Counted from the first letter of the stretch, positions 1 to 10,281 are shown. The stretch: 64,000 nt of DNA from an uncultured Anderseniella sp. (GCA_964390445.1 CAYMJJ010000002.1:7057-71056), one strand, 5' to 3'. The notes: generated by a model from the sequence alone, not told the origin. Numbers and translations: made by a program.

Positions 1-631
1 CCGGCACGATGCGGCTGCGCGCGGTGCCGCGATGCTGCATCCGCGACACAACCTCCTGGCCCACGTAGCAGCCCTTGGCAAAGTTGACCGAGCCAAGCTG
101 GTCATAATTTGCTTCATGCGGAAACATCTCGCCGGAGCCGATTTCCACACTGTCCGCAATCCCCAGCGCATGGCGATGGGCAGCATGGGCATCTGCAGTC
201 CCCTCAGCCATTTCCGTGATGGCAGCCACCGGCCCGATCAGCCGCCACCCAAGCTCGGCCAGGCGCGGGTCATGGTACGAGATCACCCCTTGCGGTACGC
301 TTGGCGCTTCATCGCCCCATGCAACGGCAACGGCCAGGTCGTCGCGCACGGCAATGTCGATGGCGCGGCGCAGCTTGTACATGGTGAGCCGTTGCAGCAG
401 CGCGGCGCGCGCTTCTGCCGGGCACTCGACCAGCACGCCATCTGCGATGGCGACCACGAAAAAGTCGAACAGGATCTTTCCCTGCGGTGTGAGCAGCCCG
501 CCGTGTGCGGCCCCGCCCGGTTGCAGCTTGACGACGTCCGTGGTGATCAGGTCCTGCAGGAAGCCAAGCGTGCCGTCACCGGTCAGTTCGATGATGGCGC
601 GATCGTCCAGTGGCGCAACAGTGTTTGCCAT
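1..631 (-). CDS. ygfZ: Folate-binding Fe-S cluster repair protein YgfZ/GcvT family (3' end runs off the window)
   Basis: Not in the ORF track. Manual minus-strand translation from ATG 631 gives MANTVAPLDDRAIIELTGDGTLGFLQDLITTD...LLTPQGKILFDFF, and near the window start the signature KGCYVGQEVVSRMQHRG. Confidence 0.92.
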   Translation of the reverse strand, partial: MANTVAPLDDRAIIELTGDGTLGFLQDLITTDVVKLQPGGAAHGGLLTPQGKILFDFFVVAIADGVLVECPAEARAALLQRLTMYKLRRAIDIAVRDDLAVAVAWGDEAPSVPQGVISYHDPRLAELGWRLIGPVAAITEMAEGTADAHAAHRHALGIADSVEIGSGEMFPHEANYDQLGSVNFAKGCYVGQEVVSRMQHRGTARSRIVP

Positions 632-730
632 GCGGTAGCTTTCCTTGCTCTTGCCTCTGCCATGAGATTTACGTAAGCCGGTGCCATCGTACAAGCCGCC
701 CGGCCCAAAACCCGAATTTGGAGAGATTTC

Positions 731-1723
731 ATGTCCGACACGTTCCGTGCCATCCAGATCAACAAGGTTGATGACAAGCAGACCGTCGAACTGGTCAATC
801 TCACCGATGCCGACCTGATGGACGGAGATGTGACGGTCAATGTCACGCACTCCACGGTGAACTACAAGGACGGTCTTGCACTGACCGGCAAGGCACCGAT
901 CATCCGCAAGTTTCCTCTGATCCCCGGCATCGATTTTGCCGGCACCGTGGCCATCTCCGACAACCCTGAGTTCATGGCCGGCGATGCTGTGATCCTCAAC
1001 GGCTGGGGCGTCGGCGAAGGTCACTCCGGCGGTTTTGCCGAGCGCGCGCGCGTCAAGGGCGACTGGCTGGTGAAGATGCCAGAAGGCATGGACGCCGCCC
1101 ACGCCATGGCCATCGGCACGGCCGGCTACACCTCGATGCTGTGCGTCATGGCGCTGGAAGACCAGGGCATCAGCCCCGATTCGGGTGAAGTGCTTGTGAC
1201 GGGTGCGGCCGGCGGTGTCGGTTCGGTGGCCATCGCCATCCTGTCGAAGCTCGGCTACTCGGTCACTGCCTCCACCGGCCGTACGTCCGAAGCAGACTTC
1301 CTCAAGGACCTGGGGGCGGCAAACATCGTTGACCGTGAAGAATTCAACAGCCCGCCGAAGCCGTTGGCCAAGTCGCGCTGGGCGGCCTGCATCGATGCGG
1401 TCGGCTCAACCACGCTGGCCAACGTCCTGTCGCAGATGAACTATGGCGGCGTCGTTGCAGCCTGTGGCCTGGCGCAGGGCGCAGACCTGCCAACGTCGGT
1501 TATGCCGTTCATCCTGCGCGGCGTGAAGCTCGTCGGGGTGGACTCCGTCATGTGCCCGAAGCCGCGCCGCGAGCAGGCCTGGGCGCGCCTGGCCAGAGAC
1601 CTCGACATGGCAAAGCTCGACAAGTTGACCCAGGCTCACATCAAGCTTGACGACGTCATCGCTGCAGGCGCCGACATCATGTCCGGCAAGATCCGAGGCC
1701 GCGTCGTGGTGGATGTTGCCTGA
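731..1723 (+). CDS. acuI: Acryloyl-CoA reductase AcuI (YhdH/YhfP MDR family)
   Basis: Motifs NYKDGLA, PGIDFAG, GTAGYT, VTGAAGGVGS, PFILRGV; GGAGA RBS upstream. Confidence 0.88.
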   Translation: MSDTFRAIQINKVDDKQTVELVNLTDADLMDGDVTVNVTHSTVNYKDGLALTGKAPIIRKFPLIPGIDFAGTVAISDNPEFMAGDAVILNGWGVGEGHSGGFAERARVKGDWLVKMPEGMDAAHAMAIGTAGYTSMLCVMALEDQGISPDSGEVLVTGAAGGVGSVAIAILSKLGYSVTASTGRTSEADFLKDLGAANIVDREEFNSPPKPLAKSRWAACIDAVGSTTLANVLSQMNYGGVVAACGLAQGADLPTSVMPFILRGVKLVGVDSVMCPKPRREQAWARLARDLDMAKLDKLTQAHIKLDDVIAAGADIMSGKIRGRVVVDVA

Positions 1724-1747
1724 AGCATCAGCCGAAACTGTTTGGAA

Positions 1748-1810
1748 GTTGCTCGTTTTCAAACTGCTAGAGCAACTTTAGCCGTTCAACTCGAACGGCT
1801 GTTGCTCTAG
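1748..1810. repeat. Partial RIME/Bru-RS-like palindromic element, copy 1
   Basis: CTAGAGCAACTTTAGCCGTTCAACTCGAACGGCTGTTGCTCTAG (1767-1810) is a nested hairpin nearly identical to 54241-54283; the preceding GCTCGTTTTCA is also shared. Confidence 0.85.
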
Positions 1811-2103
1811 TGCAGCTTGCGCACGACGGTGAATTCACCGTTGCGAATGCGCTCGGGCAGGCGCTGTGCCATGACGGCAACAGGCTCTTCGCCATATGTG
1901 GCGATCATGTCTGACAATGCTGCGAATATGGCAGCCGTCGCCACGCAATCCGGGTCAAGCCCGTCGTACACGGCTTCCTCCCAGGCATCGAGGATGTAGC
2001 GCAATGCCAGTTGGCGGCTGCGCTGGTCCTCGGCGCTGGCGTGTTCGTCCCCCACTACCAGTTCCGGCTCATCGAGCAAGAGCTTGTCTTTTCGGCTTGT
2101 CAT
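1807..2103 (-). CDS. Hypothetical protein resembling a conserved alphaproteobacterial family (98 aa)
   Basis: MTSRKDK...ALRYILDAWEEAVYDGLDPDCVATAAIFAALSDMIATYGEE; start moved to ATG 2103; the TAG stop is supplied by the palindromic repeat. Confidence 0.8.
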   Translation of the reverse strand: MTSRKDKLLLDEPELVVGDEHASAEDQRSRQLALRYILDAWEEAVYDGLDPDCVATAAIFAALSDMIATYGEEPVAVMAQRLPERIRNGEFTVVRKLH

Positions 2104-2244
2104 CTTTCCCACCCGGCAACTTGGGACAGTGTGCGAACAATCAATTGTCGCCCGCGCCCTTCCGTGTCGCTCTGTTGAAAGTGACACTACCACGACAACA
2201 GGGCCGTTCACCTGCTTCCTTGCCAAAAGGTTAACGGCGCAAGG

Positions 2245-3246
2245 TTACTCCTTCACGATGGCCGTACCCGGGTGAAACGCTTCCACGACAAACGCGAAAG
2301 TGACGTCATGTGGCATGTCCCTGTAGGTGCCGTCGCTGTCGCGGCGCATCACCGTCACCGAACCGACATCACGGCCCTTGGCAAGCTCTTCCGTGTCCAG
2401 CGCGGAGGCCTGACCGGCCTTCCAGTTCAGCTTGACCGGACCTTGATCAAGCCGCCCTTGCCGGGCGAGATGAGTGAGTGCAACCGCGAAAGCCTTGCCG
2501 CCGTCCCGGTAGACGACAACCCGCGCCATTGGTGAAATGCCCTCCGGCATTGCGCCATTGTAGAGAAACGGTTTTGCCGACCGGTCATAGCCAAAATAGG
2601 GATTTCTGCCATAGTCGCGCAGGCCAGGATCGTTCGGAACCAGCACCTTTCCATCTGGATGGCGGCTCCTGAAATCGGCCCAGCTTTCCAGCCGTGCGGG
2701 CAGCATGGTCAGCGATGTGCCGGTCATGGCGCCGACGATGGCCTCGCCGGAGAACTGCTGCCACCAGCTGTCAGACTGGCGGTCGTACATGATAAGGTCG
2801 GAGTGGCGCAGCAGCCCGGACGTTCCGAAATCCAGCACCTGTCCGTTAACGCGCCGATCGAAAGCGATGGCTGCATTGCATAACGGGCAATAGGTCACCG
2901 AAACCGGCACACCTCCAATGTTGTCATTGACGATCTCGTGCCAGATCATGATGCGTAGAGGGTAGGCGCGGGCATCGCCATTGATGGCAACGGACATCAC
3001 TGGTTCGCGGTCAACCAGGTTGTCGACGTCTGGCACGCTTTCGAACTTCGGGTCGTCGATGGGCGGAATGCCGTCGCGGGGCGGTCCGCCCGACATTATT
3101 TCAGCAAGGTCGATGGATGTCTTGTTGAAGTCGGTGTTTGACCAGCCCATGCGCTTGAATTGCGCGGCCTGCCCGGAAGATTGCGCCGGCGCGGCAATGG
3201 AGAAGAAAACTGCGAATGCCACAAGGGCGACAAAGAACCGCGACAT
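2245..3246 (-). CDS. DUF3179 domain-containing secreted protein
   Basis: Signal peptide, GGPPRDGIPPIDDP, WHEIVND, TYCPLC, FGTSGLL, MYDRQSDSWWQQF; GGAGG RBS before ATG 3246. Confidence 0.88.
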   Translation of the reverse strand: MSRFFVALVAFAVFFSIAAPAQSSGQAAQFKRMGWSNTDFNKTSIDLAEIMSGGPPRDGIPPIDDPKFESVPDVDNLVDREPVMSVAINGDARAYPLRIMIWHEIVNDNIGGVPVSVTYCPLCNAAIAFDRRVNGQVLDFGTSGLLRHSDLIMYDRQSDSWWQQFSGEAIVGAMTGTSLTMLPARLESWADFRSRHPDGKVLVPNDPGLRDYGRNPYFGYDRSAKPFLYNGAMPEGISPMARVVVYRDGGKAFAVALTHLARQGRLDQGPVKLNWKAGQASALDTEELAKGRDVGSVTVMRRDSDGTYRDMPHDVTFAFVVEAFHPGTAIVKE

Positions 3247-3303
3247 CCAGGCACCTCCTTGCTCAGTGTCTGAACAGTGCCAGCCGCAGGCATCACCGAA
3301 CAA

Positions 3304-3747
3304 TCAGGTTTGTGTGAAACCATCGAGAGCACGGCGCAGGAAGGCATCGGTGCCGGGGGTCATGGTGAGGCTTTCGAATTCCTCGATGCGCACCCAGCGG
3401 GCATCCGACACGTCATCGCCAGGGCGCGGTTCGCCCGCCTGCCAGTTGCACTTGAAGCACGAGATCACGTAGTGGAATTCCAGTCCGCCGGACGGGTCGC
3501 GGTGGATGATGTCGATGCAGTCGAACAGCCGGTCGACCTCAGCAGTGACAGAGGTTTCCTCCAGCAGTTCGCGCAGCACCGCCTCGCGCGCAGGCTCGCC
3601 CGGCTCGATGTGCCCGCCCGGCAGGCTCCACATGCCGAAGCCCGCCTTCTTGGCGCGTTTGACCAGCAGCACCTTGCCGTCGCGCAGTACCAACGCGCTG
3701 ACGCCGGGAAGCGGCCTTATGCGGGCGATCGTCATGGCGGTTTTCAT
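3304..3747 (-). CDS. NUDIX hydrolase
   Basis: Nudix box GGHIEPGEPAREAVLRELLEETSV. Confidence 0.9.
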   Translation of the reverse strand: MKTAMTIARIRPLPGVSALVLRDGKVLLVKRAKKAGFGMWSLPGGHIEPGEPAREAVLRELLEETSVTAEVDRLFDCIDIIHRDPSGGLEFHYVISCFKCNWQAGEPRPGDDVSDARWVRIEEFESLTMTPGTDAFLRRALDGFTQT

Positions 3748-3779
3748 CCGGTCATCGTCGTGGCAAGGTGGCTGGCGTT

Positions 3780-4484
3780 ATGTGCGGTCTGTACAGTTTT
3801 CGCAAGTCGCCCGAGGAAGTGCGCGCGATGTTCGGCTATCCCGAGCAGCCAAACTTCCCGCCACGGCTCCATGTTGCTCCCGGTCAGCCTATCGCCATCG
3901 TGCGCGGCGAACAGGACAATCGCCATTTTGCGCTGGTGCGCTGGGGGTTCGTGCCGTCTTGGTCGAAGGAACTGAAGCCCGGAAGACCGCTGATCAATGC
4001 CCGCTCGGAAACGGTGTTTGAAAAGCCCTCGTTCCGCCATGCCATCCGCCGCCGCCGGTGTCTCATTCCCGCTGATGGCTTCTACGAATGGAAAGGCGAT
4101 ATGCCGGGCGCCAAGCAGCCGTTTCACATCACGCGCCCCGGCGATGAGCTGTTTGCCTTCGGTGGCATCTGGGAACACTGGATGGCGCCGGACGGGTCGG
4201 AGCTCGAAAGTGCGGCCATGCTGACGACCGCGCCCAACGTAATGATGGAGCAGATCCACAATCGCATGCCGGTGGTGATCGAACCGCACGATTACAGCCG
4301 CTGGCTGGATCATTCGCGCCCTGACGGCAAATCGGTGGTGGAGCTGATGAAACCGGTGCGCGACGAGTTTTTCATCGCCCGTGAGACGCAAATGCCACGC
4401 CCGCAACGCAGGAAGGTTGAACCGTCCAGGCAATCTGAAGTCAAGCCGGAGCCGAAAGCGGACGATCAGCTCAAGCTGCTCTGA
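3780..4484 (+). CDS. SOS response-associated peptidase (SRAP/HMCES/YedK family)
   Basis: N-terminal MCG, INARSET, RRRCLIPADGFYEW, IHNRMP. Confidence 0.92.
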   Translation: MCGLYSFRKSPEEVRAMFGYPEQPNFPPRLHVAPGQPIAIVRGEQDNRHFALVRWGFVPSWSKELKPGRPLINARSETVFEKPSFRHAIRRRRCLIPADGFYEWKGDMPGAKQPFHITRPGDELFAFGGIWEHWMAPDGSELESAAMLTTAPNVMMEQIHNRMPVVIEPHDYSRWLDHSRPDGKSVVELMKPVRDEFFIARETQMPRPQRRKVEPSRQSEVKPEPKADDQLKLL

Positions 4485-4910
4485 TCACTCTTCAAGCAGC
4501 TTTCGCGCCATGCACAGGCGCGGCTCGACCTCGTAGCCAAGGCTCTCATAGAAGCCGCGGACGGCCTCGTTTTCGGCGCGCACCAGAAGGTTCAGCTTCC
4601 ACACGCCGCGTTGCTTGAGCCAGTGTTCAGCCGCGCGCATGGTGGCCTTGCCCAATCCCTTGCGCTGGTAATGCGGGTGCGTAGCGACATAGTAAACGAT
4701 GCCGCGATGACCATCATGACCCACCATGACCGAAGCAATGACGGTGTCGCCGTCGCGGGTGACCAAAACGTCCGAGGCCGGGCCGGAGCGGGCAAAGGCG
4801 ATGTCCCTCGCCGGGTCGTTCCACGGCCGCACCAGGTCACACGCCGTCCATAGTGCAATCAGGCCGGCGACGTCTTCGTCGCGGGCCGAGGTGTATTCAA
4901 GGCTTGCCAT
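4485..4910 (-). CDS. GNAT acetyltransferase (YpeA-like)
   Basis: RPWNDP, MVGHDGHRG, QRKGLG acetyl-CoA motif, FYESLGY. Confidence 0.88.
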   Translation of the reverse strand: MASLEYTSARDEDVAGLIALWTACDLVRPWNDPARDIAFARSGPASDVLVTRDGDTVIASVMVGHDGHRGIVYYVATHPHYQRKGLGKATMRAAEHWLKQRGVWKLNLLVRAENEAVRGFYESLGYEVEPRLCMARKLLEE

Positions 4911-4911
4911 G

Positions 4912-6324
4912 CTACAGCACCTTGCCGGGGTTCATGATGCCGTTGGGGTCGAGCAACTGCTTGATCGAGCGCATCATGGCCAGTTCGACCGGTTGCTTGG
5001 TGGCGGCAAGTTCATCGCGCTTCAAGGTGCCGATGCCGTGCTCTGCGCTGATTGATCCGCCCATCTTGCGCACGATGGCATGAACGGCGGCGGCGACTTC
5101 TTCCCAGTGCGCCAGGAAGGCGTGCCTGTCGGCACCGGCGGGCTGGGAAATGTTGAAGTGGATGTTGCCGTCGCCGATGTGGCCAAACGGCACCGGGCGG
5201 CAACCGGGGATCATGTGCCGGACCTTGCTGGTAGCGGCCTCGAGGAACGCCGGCACCCTTGATACGGGCACGGAGATGTCGTGCTTGATCGAGCCGCCTT
5301 CCAGCCGCTGCACCTCCGACATCATCTCGCGCAGCCGCCACAGGTCAGCCGCCTGCTGGCCGCTGGCGGCGATTGTCGCATCAGTCACCAGCCCTTCTTC
5401 CAGCGCGACGGCGAGAATGGTAGCGGCCAACTCTTCCATCTCCGGTGCGCCTGCAAACCCGGCAAGTTCAAACAGCACGTACCAGTCGGACGGGGCGTCC
5501 AGCGGGTCGCGGCAGCCGGCGTGCGCGATGACCATGTCGATGCCGGAGCGCGGCATGATTTCAAAGGCGACGATGGCCTGGCCGCTCATTCGCCTGACCA
5601 GCGACAACAGCCCCATTGCGTCGTCAGGCGAGTTGACCGAGGCAAACACCGTGGCGCGATCAACCGGTTTCGGGGCAAGCTTCATGGCGGCGGCGGTGAT
5701 GATGCCGAGGGTACCTTCTGCCCCGATGAACAGGTGCTTCAGGTCGTAGCCGGTGTTGTCCTTGCGAAGGGTCTTCAACCCGTTCCACACCTCGCCAGAC
5801 GGCAGCACCACCTCAAGGCCGAGGCACAGGTCGCGGGTGTTGCCATAGGCCATGACGTTGATGCCGCCGGCGTTGGTGGACAGGTTGCCGCCCACCTGCG
5901 CCGTTCCTTGCGAGGCAATCCACAGGGGAAACAGCAGATCCTTGCGCGCTGCCGCTTCCTGGGCGTGTTGCAGGGTGACGCCCGCCTCCAGGGTGATGAC
6001 GGCGTCGGCCTCGTCGAGATGACGGATGCGGTTCATCCGGGTGAGCGAGACGACCACCTCCGGCCCCAGTGGAATCTGCCCGCCGACCAGCCCGGTGTTG
6101 CCGCCTTGCGGCACGATGGGCGTGCCGGTTTCATTGGCAAGCTTCAAGATGGCAGCGACTTCATCCGTCGAGCCTGGCTTCAGCACCAGTCGCGACGCGC
6201 CTTTGAACTTGCCCCGCGGTTCAACAAGGTGGGGCGCAATGTCAGCGGTGCCGGTCAGGGCGTTGTGGGCACCGACGATGGCAGTGAAGCGGGCGATGAG
6301 TTCGGGGTCGAGCATGATGGTCAC
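4912..6324 (-). CDS. FAD-binding oxidoreductase (D-2-hydroxyglutarate/D-lactate dehydrogenase family)
   Basis: PQGGNTGLVGG, GGNLSTNAGG, RKDNTGYDL, GHIGDGNIH, SAEHGIG, NPGK. Confidence 0.92.
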   Translation of the reverse strand: MTIMLDPELIARFTAIVGAHNALTGTADIAPHLVEPRGKFKGASRLVLKPGSTDEVAAILKLANETGTPIVPQGGNTGLVGGQIPLGPEVVVSLTRMNRIRHLDEADAVITLEAGVTLQHAQEAAARKDLLFPLWIASQGTAQVGGNLSTNAGGINVMAYGNTRDLCLGLEVVLPSGEVWNGLKTLRKDNTGYDLKHLFIGAEGTLGIITAAAMKLAPKPVDRATVFASVNSPDDAMGLLSLVRRMSGQAIVAFEIMPRSGIDMVIAHAGCRDPLDAPSDWYVLFELAGFAGAPEMEELAATILAVALEEGLVTDATIAASGQQAADLWRLREMMSEVQRLEGGSIKHDISVPVSRVPAFLEAATSKVRHMIPGCRPVPFGHIGDGNIHFNISQPAGADRHAFLAHWEEVAAAVHAIVRKMGGSISAEHGIGTLKRDELAATKQPVELAMMRSIKQLLDPNGIMNPGKVL

Positions 6325-6348
6325 GATAGAGTTGCTGATCTGCCACGT

Positions 6349-7278
6349 CTAGCGCGGCGCGGCTGCGCGCGTCAGCCTGTCGTTGATCGCCGCGCCCAGG
6401 CCTTCGTGCGGGATCGGCGCCACGGCGATGGTGGCGGCACCGGTGGCATCAAGCGCGTGCAACATGGCGAACAGGTTGGCGGCGGCCTCGGCCATGTCCC
6501 CCGTGGGTGACAGGTTCAGCGTGCCATTAATGTCACCGAAACCGAGCATCACCTCGCCATCGCTGGCAGATCTAGCCTCAGGGCGCACGCGCGCACGCGG
6601 CGCATAATGGCTTTCCATCTGGCCGGGGGCCACCGGCGCTGTGTCGCCGCCAGCCTCTACCAGCACGGGCTTGCCCAGCACCGCCTCGACCTGTTCACGC
6701 GACACGCCGCCGGGCCGCAGCAACACCGGCGTACGCCCAAGGCACGACACTATGGTGGACTCAAGCCCCACCTCGCAGGTTCCCATGTCCAGCACGCCCC
6801 AGATGCGGCCGTCCAGCCCGGCCATGACATGCTCGGGCCGGGTGGGCGAAATCTGTCCCGACCGGTTGGCGGACGGTGCGGCCACCGGCACGCCTGCCGC
6901 TTGCAGCAGCTTGCGCGCCCCGGCATGGCCCGGCACCCGGATCGCGATGGATGAAAGCCCCGCACTGACCAGTTCGCTCACCGGGCAGCCGGCGCTGCGC
7001 TCGACCACCAGCGTGAACGGTCCCGGCCAAAGCGCATCAGCCAGCACCAGCGCATCATCGCTGAAGCGGCCAAGCGCAAACGCCGCCTCGAGCGTTGGCA
7101 CATGCACGATCAGCGGGTTGAAGCTGGGCCGGCCCTTGGCCTCGTAGATGCCGGCCACTGCCTTGCCGTTGGTGGCATCCGCGCCGAGGCCGTAGACGGT
7201 CTCGGTGGCAAACGCAACCAGTTCACCTCGCCTGAGTGCGGCGGCGGCCATTGCAATGTCTGTGGTGACGATGGTCAT
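6349..7278 (-). CDS. tsaC: L-threonylcarbamoyladenylate synthase (Sua5/TsaC2)
   Basis: TETVYGLGAD, KGRPSFNPLIVH, APSANRSG, GLESTI, PGQMESHYAP plus C-terminal SUA5 domain. Confidence 0.93.
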   Translation of the reverse strand: MTIVTTDIAMAAAALRRGELVAFATETVYGLGADATNGKAVAGIYEAKGRPSFNPLIVHVPTLEAAFALGRFSDDALVLADALWPGPFTLVVERSAGCPVSELVSAGLSSIAIRVPGHAGARKLLQAAGVPVAAPSANRSGQISPTRPEHVMAGLDGRIWGVLDMGTCEVGLESTIVSCLGRTPVLLRPGGVSREQVEAVLGKPVLVEAGGDTAPVAPGQMESHYAPRARVRPEARSASDGEVMLGFGDINGTLNLSPTGDMAEAAANLFAMLHALDATGAATIAVAPIPHEGLGAAINDRLTRAAAPR

Positions 7279-7376
7279 TTCGGAATGCTAGAAGGTTTGT
7301 CCGGTTGCAGGCTGTGCGCGTTCATTGCCGTGATAGCATCGCTCGCGTCAAGGAGATCAACGGGGCGGCTGCTCCA

Positions 7377-8123
7377 GTGACCACGCTCTATGACTGCATT
7401 GGCGCTACCTATGCGCGCCACCGCCGCCCGTACCCGAGGATTGCCGCGATCATCCACGCCGAGCTGGCGGGCGCGCAAAGCGTGCTGAACGTTGGCGCCG
7501 GGACGGGGTCCTATGAACCGTCCGGCATACCGGTGACGGCGGTGGAACCATCGGCCGAGATGAACCGGCAACGGCCACCCGGCCCTGCAACCATCGTTCA
7601 GGCGCGCGCGGAAGAGCTGCCGTTTTCAGACCAGTCGTTCGACGCCAGCATGGCCATCCTGACCGTGCATCACTGGACTGATGCCGGACAGGGCCTGCGC
7701 GAGCTCAGGCGCGTCACACGCGGCAAGATCGTTATCCTGACGTTTGATCCCGACGACACCAGCTTCTGGCTGCTCGACTACCTTCCCGCGCTGGCCGAGC
7801 TGGACCGCCAGTACATGCCGCGCCTTGCACAATTTCAGGCGGTGCTTGGCGCGGTCCAGACTGTGCGCGTGCCCATCCCGCATGACTGCATCGACGGCCT
7901 GCTGTGTGCCTACTGGCGCAGGCCCTCGGACTATCTTGACCCGGACGTTCGCAAGGCGATGTCGTCTTTTTCGAAGGTGTCAGGCGTCGAGGCCGCGATG
8001 ATCAGGCTTGAGGCTGATATCGCCAGCGGCGATTGGGCGCGCAAGAACGCACATCTGCTGGAGATGGACGCCTGCGACATGGGCTGTCACCTTGTTGTGT
8101 CGGACGCCGCTGACCGGTCCTGA
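7377..8123 (+). CDS. Class I SAM-dependent methyltransferase
   Basis: VLNVGAGTGSY motif I, LPFSDQSFD, TVHHW; GTG start at 7377 is inferred. Confidence 0.85.
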   Translation: MTTLYDCIGATYARHRRPYPRIAAIIHAELAGAQSVLNVGAGTGSYEPSGIPVTAVEPSAEMNRQRPPGPATIVQARAEELPFSDQSFDASMAILTVHHWTDAGQGLRELRRVTRGKIVILTFDPDDTSFWLLDYLPALAELDRQYMPRLAQFQAVLGAVQTVRVPIPHDCIDGLLCAYWRRPSDYLDPDVRKAMSSFSKVSGVEAAMIRLEADIASGDWARKNAHLLEMDACDMGCHLVVSDAADRS

Positions 8124-8133
8124 CAACTTCGCC

Positions 8134-9117
8134 TCAGGCGACGGCGTGGGCCTCGCCGTCTTCCTCGCTGCTGCGGTGCGAGGTCAGGCCCGAGGCCACC
8201 ACGCAAAGCGATGAAACGTCCTCGCCACGATCCTGCCGGATGACGCCGGCCTGGATCTCGACCGAGGCAAACCCCGCATCGCGCAGCAGGTCCGCGACAT
8301 AGCCCTGCGAGTGGGCGAAGCGGCGGCTTTCGCGCAGTTCGACCGGGTTTGTGCCTGCTTCGACGGTGAACGCCAGATGCCCTGCCGGACGCAGTGAGCC
8401 GGCGCACCAGGCCACCACCCGCTCCAATGCGCCGAGATAGATGAACACGTCAGCCGCCACGATGAGATCGTGCAAACGCCCGTTCACCGCCAGGTGCGCT
8501 ATGTCATGCTTTTCCAGCACGTCATAAACCTGCTTGGACCGCGCCTGGCTCAACATGCCGGCAGAGATGTCGTAGCCCGTCAGCCGTTCGCAATGCGGCC
8601 GCAGCACCTCGCCCATCAGGCCGGTGCCGCAACCGAGGTCCAACGCGCTGCCAGCGCGCTGAAAGCCCGACGCCAGCAGGGCCTGCAGGATCATCTGGGG
8701 CCCGCGATAGTTGAGCTTGCCGACCAGTGAACGCTCGAAGTCCTGCGCATACTGGTCGAACAGGGTTTCCACGAATGCCGCCGGCATGGATTCCTGCACA
8801 GGCGTTGCCCGCAACAGGTCGCGCTTCAGTCCTGCGCCCAGCGGATCTGCCGGGTCATGCGCCACGGCCATTTCAAAGGCATTGCCCGCCGCCTCGCGCT
8901 GGCCAGCCTTCTCCAGCATTTCGCCGAGCCGGAACCATCCGGCGGCCCAGCCCCGGTCAAGTTCGAGCGCGCCGGTCATCACCTCGATGGCGGCATCAAG
9001 ATCGCCCGCCTGGGCCAGTGCTTCGGCATACATCGCGCGCCGGTCCGCCCTGGGATCGGCAGAGGGAAAGGGTATCGCAGCCAAGGTCGGTGTACTCGGG
9101 GTAGCCTTGCCGTGCAT
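8134..9117 (-). CDS. TPR-containing SAM-dependent methyltransferase (COG4976-like); start uncertain
   Basis: ADRRA...GWAAGWFRLG TPR region, LFDQYA, LDLGCGTG, AADVFIYLG, RFAHS. Confidence 0.85.
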   Translation of the reverse strand: MHGKATPSTPTLAAIPFPSADPRADRRAMYAEALAQAGDLDAAIEVMTGALELDRGWAAGWFRLGEMLEKAGQREAAGNAFEMAVAHDPADPLGAGLKRDLLRATPVQESMPAAFVETLFDQYAQDFERSLVGKLNYRGPQMILQALLASGFQRAGSALDLGCGTGLMGEVLRPHCERLTGYDISAGMLSQARSKQVYDVLEKHDIAHLAVNGRLHDLIVAADVFIYLGALERVVAWCAGSLRPAGHLAFTVEAGTNPVELRESRRFAHSQGYVADLLRDAGFASVEIQAGVIRQDRGEDVSSLCVVASGLTSHRSSEEDGEAHAVA

Positions 9118-9309
9118 CGCAGCCGGACTGGGGCAGCGGCACGCAAGGTGGAAAACGCTCGAAACGGCAAGCGTCGTGAGCCATTAGAGCGCGGCCCCGG
9201 TCGCTGTCAACGGGTGTTGCGCTGCGCGCCGTTTCGGCTTGGCCCTTGATTACGGCAGGTGAATCCGCCCACTATCGCGCAACACCAGCCGTTTTCCCAC
9301 GGAGAATTG

Positions 9310-10281
9310 ATGAGTACGCTTTTGCTGCACCACGACGTGTTCACCGAACATGCGCCACCTGACGGCCACCCTGAACGGCCTGATCGCATGCGCGCGGTGG
9401 AGCGCATCCTGTCGCATCCGCATTTTGATCTGCTGCGCCGGGAAGAAGCTCCGATGGGGACGCGTGATCACGCCTTGCTGGTGCATCCTGAAGATTATGT
9501 CCACCTGATCGAGCAGACCAGCCCAACCGACGGGCTCGTCTCGCTGGACCCGGACACATGGATGAATGCATCAAGTCTCGAAGCGGCTTACCGGGCCGTG
9601 GGCGCGGGCGTTCGCGCGGTCGATGCGGTGATGAATCTGGAAGTCAACAACGCGTTCTGCGCGGTGCGCCCGCCCGGACATCACGCTGAGGCCAGCCGGG
9701 CCATGGGCTTCTGCCTTTTCGGGTCGGTGGCGATTGCCGCCAATTACGCCCGCGAGGCCTATGACCTGGACCGGGTGGCGGTGGTGGATTTCGATGTTCA
9801 CCACGGCAACGGCACGCAGGATATCTTCTGGGCCGATGAAGACATGTTCTTCGGCTCGACCCACCAGATGCCGCTGTTTCCGGGCTCGGGAGCCGTATCC
9901 GAAACCGGTGTCGGCAACATCTTCAATGCGCCGTTGAGTGCGGGCGACAACGGTGACGTGTTCCGCGATGCCATGCTGTCGCGGATATTCCCGGCGCTCG
10001 ATGCATTCCAGCCGGACCTGATCCTGATCTCGGCTGGTTTCGACGCGCACCAGCGCGATCCGCTCGGATCGCTCCAACTGACCGAGGAGGATTTCGCCTG
10101 GGTAACGTTGCGGCTGATGGACCTGGCCGGCAAGCACTGTGACGGGCGCATTGTATCGATGCTGGAAGGCGGCTATGACCTCGCTGGCCTGTCCGGCTCG
10201 GTAGGTGTGCACGTCAAGGCACTGATGCACGGGTCAGGCCAGCGCGCCATGGATGAAACCGGAGAAGCCAACGATGAGTGA
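9310..10281 (+). CDS. Histone deacetylase family protein
   Basis: [40 protein letters not shown]; GGAG RBS. Confidence 0.94.
   Translation: MSTLLLHHDVFTEHAPPDGHPERPDRMRAVERILSHPHFDLLRREEAPMGTRDHALLVHPEDYVHLIEQTSPTDGLVSLDPDTWMNASSLEAAYRAVGAGVRAVDAVMNLEVNNAFCAVRPPGHHAEASRAMGFCLFGSVAIAANYAREAYDLDRVAVVDFDVHHGNGTQDIFWADEDMFFGSTHQMPLFPGSGAVSETGVGNIFNAPLSAGDNGDVFRDAMLSRIFPALDAFQPDLILISAGFDAHQRDPLGSLQLTEEDFAWVTLRLMDLAGKHCDGRIVSMLEGGYDLAGLSGSVGVHVKALMHGSGQRAMDETGEANDE

Noticed and set aside
32-676. Plus-strand ORFs of 214 aa and 140 aa at the window start
   Set aside because: They are shadows of ygfZ on the minus strand, which carries the KGCYxGQE motif.
2796-2808. 13-bp match (GGTCGGAGTGGCG) to the 3' end of tRNA-Pro, suggesting an att site of an island
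   Set aside because: It lies inside a family-typical stretch (RHSDL) of the intact DUF3179 gene, the intervening 33 kb is core genes, and there is no integrase.
2245-3246. Selenoprotein recoding in DUF3179 or msrB
   Set aside because: Both frames are open with Cys codons and have no in-frame TGA.
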